IMG/VR virus record: IMGVR_UViG_3300009365_000061
Direction: 5' to 3' (one strand)
DNA: 49,590 bases
Source of the DNA: a virus
Both the position numbers and the translations under genes were made by a program. Positions within the stretch are counted from its first letter, which is position 1. Each line of letters starts with the position of its first letter. The notes beneath the pieces are model-generated. The model searched no databases and was not told where the DNA came from. It saw only the letters and a program-made list of their open reading frames with translations. Shown here one piece after another: positions 13,742 through 21,723 of this stretch.

Positions 13742-14817
13742 AGATTTTCTTTGTAGCCTCTTCTTCCGTGGGCCACATGAAGAGGGCCAGAGAGGTGATG
13801 AAACGCTACCCAGGGGAGGTGTGCTATCTTAAATCCTTCGCATATTGGACTTCCCCCAATGCGTTCAAGTATTGGGCGTGGTTACGCCGGAATGGTGACG
13901 AGTTCATGGTGGATTCAGGAGCATATACCTATCTGGCAGCAGATGGAACTCTCGACATTCCCTACCCTGATTGTGACAGCTACATTGACCACTATTTTCG
14001 ATACCTTCGAAGAATCGAGCCTCTATGGGACCGATTTGTAGAGTTGGACCTCTACAAGTTGTTCGGAGTGGATTTCATCATGGACACGACTTGGCCCCGG
14101 ATGTTCGATTTCCAGAGAGAGACCGGGAAACCTGCAATCTTCGTCTGGCACAAGGAACTTGGACAAGAGGGCTGGATGCGAATGCTCCAGAACGAACAGG
14201 TCCAATGGGTAGGACTGAACAAGGACCTTGGGTACGGGAATTTCCCATTGTGGCGAAGGATGGTGACCGAGGCCCGGGAGTACGGGAAGAAGATTCATGG
14301 ATTCGCTGCGGTGAGGAGGCCCCTCCTCGAAGCTGTCGACATTGACTCGGCAGATTCCACTACGGCCTTCACCACTACAGACAAATTCGGTCAATCCGAA
14401 TTCTACGACTCCCGGGTCGACGGCCATGGTTACATGATTACCAAAAACTCCCTCCGGTCCCTCAAGAGGACCCTCAAGAAGGCTGGCGGCAACACACAGA
14501 AGGCTCACAACCGGCACCTCCGAGAACTTCGACACCACCTTGATTTTGACATCGGTGGCCGAATTGATGGACGGAGAGCCTCCAAGGATGCTATGTGTGT
14601 GGAAAACATCGCCCATCTGGTGGAGATGCAGAGGGAAGTCACCAAGTTGTGGGAGGTAAGGAGACAGCGTGGATACTCGGAACATACCGGTCGAACACAT
14701 CTACCCGAACAACTGGAACCCGAATCGGCAGAAACAGACGACCTTCGAGAAGGAGAAGGAGTCGATTCGGAAGTTCGGGATGATAGACCCCCTTCTAGTC
14801 AGGGACCTCACGACTGA
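13738..14817 (+). CDS. dpdA: DpdA-like (TGT-family) DNA guanine transglycosylase
   Basis: FMVDSGAYTYL (TGT DSGG-type catalytic Asp motif) and KIHGFAAVRRPLLEAVDIDSADSTTAF (HGFG...SaDS.aw pattern of DpdA). Context is next to queC/E/D and folE. The last 149 nt overlap the ParB-like gene. Confidence 0.65.
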   Translation: MKIFFVASSSVGHMKRAREVMKRYPGEVCYLKSFAYWTSPNAFKYWAWLRRNGDEFMVDSGAYTYLAADGTLDIPYPDCDSYIDHYFRYLRRIEPLWDRFVELDLYKLFGVDFIMDTTWPRMFDFQRETGKPAIFVWHKELGQEGWMRMLQNEQVQWVGLNKDLGYGNFPLWRRMVTEAREYGKKIHGFAAVRRPLLEAVDIDSADSTTAFTTTDKFGQSEFYDSRVDGHGYMITKNSLRSLKRTLKKAGGNTQKAHNRHLRELRHHLDFDIGGRIDGRRASKDAMCVENIAHLVEMQREVTKLWEVRRQRGYSEHTGRTHLPEQLEPESAETDDLREGEGVDSEVRDDRPPSSQGPHD

Positions 14818-15373
14818 CGGGGTCCCCCGATTCGAAATCATCGACGGCGAACACCGGTGGCGGGCATCCAAGGATGTCGGCCTCGATGCCATCCCCTGCG
14901 TCATCACCCATTTCGATGACGAGACCGCACGGCGACTCACCATCACCATGAATGAACTTCGAGGGGACGCCGACCCCATCCTCCTCGCGGAAATGCTCTC
15001 AGACCTTACGGAATCGGTCGAGGTGAATGACCTTCTCTCGACGATGCCCTGGTCTGAAAAGCAATTGTCCAACATTCTGGAGGTGGCCTCGCTTGATTTG
15101 GATGAACTCGCGCAAGATGACATTATCCTCCCGGGCGAGGATGAATCGGAGGAGTGGGTATCGCTGGCGGCAATCTTCGGGCGCAAGCAAATGCCTCGGG
15201 ATGCCGCTGCCCTGGTGGAGTCAGAGGTGGATAGGTTGGCAGGGTATTATGGACTCACGCGGTCCAACCGATTCCAGGCTCTCGAAATCATGGCGGCACA
15301 CTCGGCGCAAACGCCTCTTGAGGAGGCTGACCCGAGAGCCAAGGTAAAGGGCCTCGATGCCGAAGCCGATTAA
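14669..15373 (+). CDS. ParB/Srx N-terminal domain protein (DpdB-like or packaging-associated)
   Basis: GTG start 5 nt after AAGGAG; the frame is closed by TAA at 14657. NIPVEHIYPNNWNPNR, SIRKFGMIDPLLV and IIDGEHRWRASKDVG match ParB-N (GERRWRA-type motif). Confidence 0.75.
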   Translation: MDTRNIPVEHIYPNNWNPNRQKQTTFEKEKESIRKFGMIDPLLVRDLTTDGVPRFEIIDGEHRWRASKDVGLDAIPCVITHFDDETARRLTITMNELRGDADPILLAEMLSDLTESVEVNDLLSTMPWSEKQLSNILEVASLDLDELAQDDIILPGEDESEEWVSLAAIFGRKQMPRDAAALVESEVDRLAGYYGLTRSNRFQALEIMAAHSAQTPLEEADPRAKVKGLDAEAD

Positions 15374-15854
15374 CTGGCCGCGGATGCAGTTGGAGTTCAA
15401 TGCCTACCCAGGCTCGATGAAGGAGTTCTGCAAAGAACACGGAATCAACTTCCAACACGCATCCGGAAAATTGAAGGCCAAGGATAAGCAGAATTTCGAG
15501 AGGCAGGTCGTCAAGGCTGCCGAAGATGACTTGGTGGTGGAGTTCGCCAAGGACATCAAGAAGAGGGTGGCCCGACACTGGCGGCTCACCGAGGTCATTG
15601 AGAATCGAATCCTCCAGGAACTCCAGAAGGACCTTGTCGAAGCGAAATCTCTCGAAGGGGTCCTGAAAATCATGCAGGAGAACATTCGACTCCAGCGGCT
15701 CATCATGGGCGAACCCGACATGATTACTTCCGAGGGTCCAAAGAGTCCCTATGAAGCCTTCCTGCTCAAGATGCAGAAGGACGGAAAAATCACCGAGGGA
15801 GAGGTCGAGGAAATCAGCGAAAAGATAGACGAGGCCTCAAAGGATGATACTTGA
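15357..15854 (+). CDS. terminase small subunit (putative)
   Basis: Immediately upstream of and overlapping terL. N-terminal HTH-like segment (SMKEFCKEHGINFQHASGKL) followed by a long charged helical region. Assignment rests on position and architecture. Confidence 0.5.
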   Translation: MPKPINWPRMQLEFNAYPGSMKEFCKEHGINFQHASGKLKAKDKQNFERQVVKAAEDDLVVEFAKDIKKRVARHWRLTEVIENRILQELQKDLVEAKSLEGVLKIMQENIRLQRLIMGEPDMITSEGPKSPYEAFLLKMQKDGKITEGEVEEISEKIDEASKDDT

Positions 15855-17118
15855 TTCCACATTCAAAAAAGAGTGGTTCAAAACCATCGGGTACGAACCC
15901 CACTCCCGGGGCCAATGGGACCTGCACCTGTCCCCCTCAAGGTTCCGAGTCGTTGTTTGTGGTCGTCGATGGGGGAAGTCCTATTCCGTGTCCCAGGAGG
16001 CTACCGCCTACCTGTGTGTCCCTGATGCCTCAGTTGCAGTCATCGCTCCTACATACAAACATTCGGACATCGTGTATAAGGAAATCTACCGGCGCATTGT
16101 CCGAGATGGTGCTATTCCTACCCGAAGGGTTTCTCAGTACGAAATAGAGACTACCTGGGGTTCCAAGGTGGTGAAGAGGTCGGCGGATAAGCCGGACAAC
16201 ATCCTGGGTGATGGCCACGACCTCGTCATTGTTGATGAATTCTCGGTGTTGAAGGAAGAAGTGTGGACGCAGTACATCAGGCCGACCCTCTCAGACCGAC
16301 AGGGTGCGGCCCTTTTCATTGGGACCCCCCGAGGGTTCAACTATGCCTACCAGCTTTTCCAGCTTGGCCTTGACCCCGATGCTGTCGATTGGTCCTGCTT
16401 CCGGAACCCGACCTGGACCTCCCCGCGAATCAACCCCGATGAGGTTGAACAGGCCCGGAAGGACCTCCCCCAACTGATGTTCCAGCAGGAGTACGGTGCC
16501 GAATTTGTGGCGGTCGGCGGTATGGTCTATCCCTTCCGGCCCGACCTGCACATCGACAAGAAGTTCTTCCCGCCTCAGAGGTTCTCCCGAATTGTCGGTG
16601 GAGTGGATTGGGGCTTTGCCAACCCCTCGGCGATTATCCTTGGCGGGGTCATCAACGAGAATCCTCTCGTCATCCAGGTGTTCCATGAATGGACCCTTCC
16701 CCGGCAGACCACTCCCGAGGTGGTCTCCAAGCTCCATGAACTCCAGGACCAATTCGGTGTCCTCGGATTCTACATCGACCCTTCGGCAGCCGACCTCATC
16801 GAACAGGCTGAGAATGATGGGGTCCGGGTGGAACCCGCCAACAACGATGTCCCCGGTGGGATTGCAGCGGTGGCCTCGATGATGGAGGGTGACCCCTCCC
16901 GACTCACCTTCACCCCCGGGCTTGTGAACACCCTCAACGAAATCACCCGATACCGATATGAGGACACCTTCGACCGGAACATCAACGAAAAACCGGCGAA
17001 GAAGGCCGACCACTGTATGGACGCACTCCGGTACATGGTGATGGGTGCCAGGGATTCTTACCAGCCCTGGGAGGGTATTGTCGACGGAGAGCGCGAGGAC
17101 CTGAAGTGGTTCGGATAG
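15844..17118 (+). CDS. terL: terminase large subunit
   Basis: Walker A VVVCGRRWGKS and Walker B DLVIVDEF. C-terminal RNaseH-like nuclease motifs GVDWGFANPSA and DHCMDALRY. Confidence 0.9.
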   Translation: MILDSTFKKEWFKTIGYEPHSRGQWDLHLSPSRFRVVVCGRRWGKSYSVSQEATAYLCVPDASVAVIAPTYKHSDIVYKEIYRRIVRDGAIPTRRVSQYEIETTWGSKVVKRSADKPDNILGDGHDLVIVDEFSVLKEEVWTQYIRPTLSDRQGAALFIGTPRGFNYAYQLFQLGLDPDAVDWSCFRNPTWTSPRINPDEVEQARKDLPQLMFQQEYGAEFVAVGGMVYPFRPDLHIDKKFFPPQRFSRIVGGVDWGFANPSAIILGGVINENPLVIQVFHEWTLPRQTTPEVVSKLHELQDQFGVLGFYIDPSAADLIEQAENDGVRVEPANNDVPGGIAAVASMMEGDPSRLTFTPGLVNTLNEITRYRYEDTFDRNINEKPAKKADHCMDALRYMVMGARDSYQPWEGIVDGEREDLKWFG

Positions 17119-17229
17119 CCGAACATTTTATCGGTCCCGCTATTTTGACCATTTAATCTAACAACCTTCTTGACTTTCAACTCCTCTTACTCACAGACTT
17201 TGTCGTAACCTGCGCCAAAGGGGTGAGTA

Positions 17230-19506
17230 GTGGGCGTTCTGACAGACCAAGTCTTCGGAGACACGAAGATTTCCGAGGAGGCCCTCGGCCCAAGAGAACG
17301 GGCCATGTCGGTCCTTTCTCCCTTCCCTCTCGAATCCATTATCGGCCCCGCCTACAACGACCCTGCTTCTCAGCAGTTCGGTCTGGACATTTTCGATGAA
17401 ATGTACGCCCTGGACCCGCAAGTCCGGGCCTGTCACCACACTAAGGTCATGGCTAGACTCATGACGGGGTGGGAGTTCATCCCTTCTGGGAACAAGAAGG
17501 TCGATGAGTTCATCACTTACACCACGACCAACATGGCCGGGTCCATGCACGACTTCCTCAGGGACCTCATGGAGGCCCTGAAGTATGGATTCGCGGTGGT
17601 GGAGATTGTCTGGGACCGTTACACCGATGGCCCCTACCGGGGCTACCTGGGCATCAAGGCCCTGAAGGCGAAGCCCGCCAAGAGCTTCCGATTCGACACG
17701 GACCGGAGAGGGAACCTCAAGAAGAGGGGCATCCGGCAGCATATCAATGGCCTCCCTCAGGACATCAAGCTCCCCAGGGACAAATTCATCGTCTACACCT
17801 ACCAGAAGGAGCCGGGAGGCTTTTACGGTAGGAGCGATTTCCAGCCGGTATATCGGCACTATTTCCTGAAACAAGCGTTAGAGCGTTGGTGGTCGGCCTA
17901 TCTCGAAAAATTCGCCGGTCCCACGGCCATCGGGAAATTCCCCCAGGGTGCAACCGAATCAGAGAAGAAGGAAGTTCTCGCCTTTCTCCGAAAGCTCCAG
18001 AACAACTCCGCGGCCATCTTCCCGGAGAAGTGGGAAATCGAACTGCTGGAGGCCAAGGAGGGTGGCTCCGAGAACTTCATCCGGGCCTTGACCTACCACA
18101 ACAAGATGGTGGCTAGGGGCATCCTGGTGCCCGACCTCATCCAGGACCAGGGCGACAGGTCCGGCTCCTACTCTCTAGGGCAGGTCCATGCCTCTAATTT
18201 CCTCTGGGTTCTCAAGGGCATCGGCAGGGAGTTGGAGACCGTAGTCGATGAGCAGTTGGTTCGCAGGGTCATTGATGTGAACTTCTCCGTCGACAAATAC
18301 CCGACATTCCAATTCATGGAATTTGAACCAGAAAATGTTCAGTCAGTTGCGTCGATGTTCCTCTCTCTGGTCAACGGAGGCATCATCGCCCCGGATGACC
18401 CTGTTATCAGGCGCAGACTGAACCTTCCGGCAGAGGGGGCCGAAAAATTAGAAAAGCGGCCCAATGTGACGGTCGGTGGGCTCCCGGGCGCACCGGTGCG
18501 AACCTCTGGGGTCCAACCTCCAAATGGCCGTGTTCCCTCTGCCGGTTCTTCTCCCACCGCTGGAGACAAATCTCCGATGTTGAATTCGGAGGATTTCGCG
18601 GTGAAGTACATTGTGACCTCTCGGGTTGACGGCCACCGACACTTTGCCATCACCGATGAATGGGGTGACGGGGTGACCACCTGGGGAGAATCCCGGGACG
18701 GCATCCCCCACATCCATCAGGTCCGGAAATGGGCGGTCATCGAGTCTGAGGAACATGAACATGACCTGCCCCATGAGAATGCCCCGAAGGATGCCCTCTC
18801 CAAGAGGCGCATCCGGGCCGAGGCTGCCAGTGACCCCTACAGCCCCCCCGGTGGTGGCGGTGGCCCCAAAGATGAGGCCCACGGTGGGCATAACCCTCCA
18901 GGGAGTGGCCTATCGGAGCTTCCCGAGTTGATGTTCACCGACCCTGAAGCCCTCTTGGGTGAGCATTTTAGGATTGCAGGAGAACAATACTTGGCGAAGG
19001 TGGCCAGGGCAGGAGGACCCTCCGAGGGCATGAGGACTCTGGATGTTCCGAAGATAAAGCAGTTGGGGAGGTTCAAGGAGGACCTCGCCGGGATGATGAC
19101 TGAACAGATGTGCCAGGGGGCCTTGGGTGCCCTTTTGGCCGAAGAGGGTGACGAGGAGATTCCGCTTCCCGATGGAGAATCCCCCGAGGGTGCCCTTTGG
19201 GAAGTCTATGGAGACCTCTACCCCCTCCTTAGTGAGAAGGTGAAAGAAGCCGAGGAAATTGCCTATTCGATGGCCGGGTCGATGGATGGATTGGTCCGGG
19301 AAGCATCGCATCGAGGGAAGGTGGCCATGGCAGCCGGAAAGAGTCCGGATGAAGTGATGAGTGCCGTGGACACTGTTCTCAGGGCAGAGGAACCCCGTTT
19401 GACCGCGACGGAGGAATTGAGCGAATGTCTGCATACTTGGAGGATTACCGGAAGAACCGTGATGAGCGATTGGCTCGACAGAAACCAGCGGAACTCGACC
19501 GGCTAG
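17230..19506 (+). CDS. portal protein (Mu gp29/DUF935-like) with ~300-aa C-terminal extension
   Basis: GTG start after AAGGGG. The N-terminal ~430 aa, with LKYGFAVVEIVW, fits the DUF935 portal pattern and the position after terL. The C-terminal part has a His-rich segment (DGHRHFAITDEWGDGVTTW...PHIHQV...EEHEHD), a G/P linker and a possible MuF-like tail. Confidence 0.75.
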   Translation: MGVLTDQVFGDTKISEEALGPRERAMSVLSPFPLESIIGPAYNDPASQQFGLDIFDEMYALDPQVRACHHTKVMARLMTGWEFIPSGNKKVDEFITYTTTNMAGSMHDFLRDLMEALKYGFAVVEIVWDRYTDGPYRGYLGIKALKAKPAKSFRFDTDRRGNLKKRGIRQHINGLPQDIKLPRDKFIVYTYQKEPGGFYGRSDFQPVYRHYFLKQALERWWSAYLEKFAGPTAIGKFPQGATESEKKEVLAFLRKLQNNSAAIFPEKWEIELLEAKEGGSENFIRALTYHNKMVARGILVPDLIQDQGDRSGSYSLGQVHASNFLWVLKGIGRELETVVDEQLVRRVIDVNFSVDKYPTFQFMEFEPENVQSVASMFLSLVNGGIIAPDDPVIRRRLNLPAEGAEKLEKRPNVTVGGLPGAPVRTSGVQPPNGRVPSAGSSPTAGDKSPMLNSEDFAVKYIVTSRVDGHRHFAITDEWGDGVTTWGESRDGIPHIHQVRKWAVIESEEHEHDLPHENAPKDALSKRRIRAEAASDPYSPPGGGGGPKDEAHGGHNPPGSGLSELPELMFTDPEALLGEHFRIAGEQYLAKVARAGGPSEGMRTLDVPKIKQLGRFKEDLAGMMTEQMCQGALGALLAEEGDEEIPLPDGESPEGALWEVYGDLYPLLSEKVKEAEEIAYSMAGSMDGLVREASHRGKVAMAAGKSPDEVMSAVDTVLRAEEPRLTATEELSECLHTWRITGRTVMSDWLDRNQRNSTG

Positions 19507-19895
19507 AGGAGTTGACCCACCAGTTGGCTCCATCCCCCAGGGGTGAGGAACCGGGCAAAGAGTCCTGGGACTATCACCTACCGGAGGGGAAAAGCCGTGT
19601 GGAATGCCTTAGAAACCGAGGAGATTTCGCCGTGTTGTATGCAGAAACTTCAGCGGGTCTGACATGGCCCACTCATCCCCATGAAGGGGTGGAGGTCGTA
19701 GCTTTCATCAAGGGTGAGGGAATCTTCACCATTGATGGCGAGGAAAGGGTTGTTGGTCCCTTGGATGTAGTAGTGATTCCTCCTGGGGTACCCCACCCTC
19801 TCAGGGTGACCGAAGATGCTGAGATGGTTGGTATAACGATTCCTGCGAACGGAGGGTATCCTGGTGGCAAACGGGGAGGAGACTCAGGCCCCTAA
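19425..19895 (+). CDS. cupin-domain protein
   Basis: THPHEGVEVVAFIKGEGIFTIDGEERVVGPLDVVVIPPGVPH matches both cupin motifs (HxH..E..G and P.G..H). Overlaps the portal end by 82 nt in another frame. Confidence 0.6.
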   Translation: MSAYLEDYRKNRDERLARQKPAELDRLEELTHQLAPSPRGEEPGKESWDYHLPEGKSRVECLRNRGDFAVLYAETSAGLTWPTHPHEGVEVVAFIKGEGIFTIDGEERVVGPLDVVVIPPGVPHPLRVTEDAEMVGITIPANGGYPGGKRGGDSGP

Positions 19896-20115
19896 CGGAT
19901 GGAACAAGTGGAGTAAGTATGTACTGGAAGAACTCAAGCGGCAGAACATCACCCTCAAGGACATCCAGGCAGACATACGGGAACTCGAAAAGGCATTCGT
20001 TCGGCTTGAGACAAATTTCGAAGCGCGAGGGAGAACCCTCGGTTCAGTCTGGGGGCTTCTTTCCGGAATCGCCGGTGCCCTCATCGTTCTGGCGGTGAAG
20101 AAGTTCTGGCCCTAA
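19864..20115 (+). CDS. coiled-coil protein with C-terminal TM helix
   Basis: GTG start 7 nt after GGAGGG. C-terminal WGLLSGIAGALIVLAVKKFWP. Confidence 0.6.
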   Translation: MANGEETQAPNGWNKWSKYVLEELKRQNITLKDIQADIRELEKAFVRLETNFEARGRTLGSVWGLLSGIAGALIVLAVKKFWP

Positions 20116-20119
20116 GGAG

Positions 20120-20368
20120 ATGAAGATGAAGATGCCGAGTTTCATGAAACATTTCATTTCGAAGAAGCTGTTGACCTATGTAATCGCCATCGTGGTCAAC
20201 TGGCTTATCACACAAGCCGGGTTCCCGGAGGAGATAAAGGTGCAGTTCTCGGAATGGCTCCTGAACCTCTCCATCGGTGCCATCGGCGCGTTCTCACTCC
20301 AGGACATCGCCAAGGAGGTTAAGAGCGGTGTCGAGGCCAAGGCAAAGGCCAAGGGAGGCAAGAAGTAA
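20120..20368 (+). CDS. small membrane protein (two TM segments)
   Basis: MKMKMP start region; the ATG at 20126 has the best spacing to AAGGAG. LLTYVIAIVVNWLITQAGF and LLNLSIGAIGAFSL, with a Lys-rich C-terminus. Confidence 0.65.
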   Translation: MKMKMPSFMKHFISKKLLTYVIAIVVNWLITQAGFPEEIKVQFSEWLLNLSIGAIGAFSLQDIAKEVKSGVEAKAKAKGGKK

Positions 20369-21711
20369 TGTTCGGAATCAAACTCTTCACCGACGAGGTG
20401 ACAGAGGGCCAGCTTCGGGAGGCCCTCACTCAGGAATTGACGGAGGCCGGAGAGGCCTCGGTCGAGGAGCGAGTGAACGCCCTCTTCAAGGAGAATACCA
20501 TGGATGAACTCCAGAGTATTCTCAAGAAGCTGCGGAAGGCTGTCCTCCAGAAACACGCACCACCGCCTCAGTTCTCTGAGGGTGAGTGGATTGTGTTCTC
20601 CGACGAAGAGAGGAAAGCTGTCCAGGCCCTCATCAAGGCACTCAAGGAGGACGGGGAGCCGGACGCGGAAAAACGCGTGAAGGCCCTCCTGACCAAGGGA
20701 GGCGTGGCTGCCATCAAGCAGATGCTTGGGAAGATTCGCAAACCCCAGGTTGCCCCCCAGGCTCCGAAGAAGAAGTCGGAGGGGAGTGAGGATTCTGTCC
20801 ACCTCTCCGACATGGAGACTGTCGACCTGAGGGATGTTCCCATCTTCCAGGTCGGCGAACACAAGGGCAGACTGTGGTCCGATGATGTGGTCGATGGGAT
20901 TGTTCGGTCGACCAACAGAGTCATCGACAGGATGAAGCCCTATGTAAAGTTGGGGCACAACCCCGAGCAGAAGTTGGCCGATGGCTACCCCTCCCTCGGC
21001 TGGCTCTACAACCTGCGGAAGGTTGGTGACACCGTGTTCACCGACATCCGTGATGTCCCGAAGAAGCTGGCCGGAATCGTGAAGGCCAAGGGGTATAGAA
21101 GGGTCTCCGTCGAGTTGACCCCGAACCGTGAAATTGATGGTCGGAAGGAACCCTGGCTCCTGAAGGCTCTTGCCTTCCTGGGCGCAGACACTCCCGTCAT
21201 CAAGACCCTTGACGACATCCCGGAGTTGTACTACTCCGATGATGACTACGAGGGTGAAACCGTTGAGTTGGTGTTCGCCATATCCGAGGAGGAGAATCAG
21301 GTGACCCCAGAAGAAGCCAAGAAGCTCCAGGAGGAGAACGAGGCTCTGAAGAAGGCCAACGAGGAGAACGAAAAGGCTCTGGCCGAGGCCAAGCGGGCCA
21401 CCGTTCTTTCCGAATCGAAGGCGTTTTCGGATGTCTTGCTCTCCGAGAGCAAAATCAGGAAGGACGAACAGGACTCTTGGGTTCGCGTCCTTTCCGCTGT
21501 CGAGGAATTTTCCGAGACGGTGACCTTCAGCGATGATGAAAAGTCTTTCGCCGAAGAACTCAAGAGCCTCCTGTCGAACCTTCCCCAGATGGCCGAGAAC
21601 GAAGAGATGGCCGAGGAAGAGGATACCGACCAGAAGGACAAGGACAAAGCCCTGGCTGATGAGATGTTCGAGAAGCATGAAGAGTCTCATGGCCGGAAAA
21701 AGAAAGAATAA
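20368..21711 (+). CDS. prohead protease/scaffold protein (Mu gpI-like core, coiled-coil acidic C-terminus)
   Basis: The central segment VPIFQVGEHKG...VKLGHNPEQ...SLGWLYNL...KGYRRVSVEL resembles Mu-like prophage protein I. The C-terminal third is E/K-rich and scaffold-like. Position between portal and capsid genes. Confidence 0.55.
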   Translation: MFGIKLFTDEVTEGQLREALTQELTEAGEASVEERVNALFKENTMDELQSILKKLRKAVLQKHAPPPQFSEGEWIVFSDEERKAVQALIKALKEDGEPDAEKRVKALLTKGGVAAIKQMLGKIRKPQVAPQAPKKKSEGSEDSVHLSDMETVDLRDVPIFQVGEHKGRLWSDDVVDGIVRSTNRVIDRMKPYVKLGHNPEQKLADGYPSLGWLYNLRKVGDTVFTDIRDVPKKLAGIVKAKGYRRVSVELTPNREIDGRKEPWLLKALAFLGADTPVIKTLDDIPELYYSDDDYEGETVELVFAISEEENQVTPEEAKKLQEENEALKKANEENEKALAEAKRATVLSESKAFSDVLLSESKIRKDEQDSWVRVLSAVEEFSETVTFSDDEKSFAEELKSLLSNLPQMAENEEMAEEEDTDQKDKDKALADEMFEKHEESHGRKKKE

Positions 21712-21723
21712 GGAGGGAAGAAA

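Noticed and set aside
17119-17229. TTGACC / TTGACT hexamers between terL and the portal gene as a promoter.
   Set aside because: No acceptable -10 hexamer lies at 16-18 nt from either. The gap may simply be an untranslated spacer or may carry a non-sigma70 late promoter, which I cannot support from sequence.
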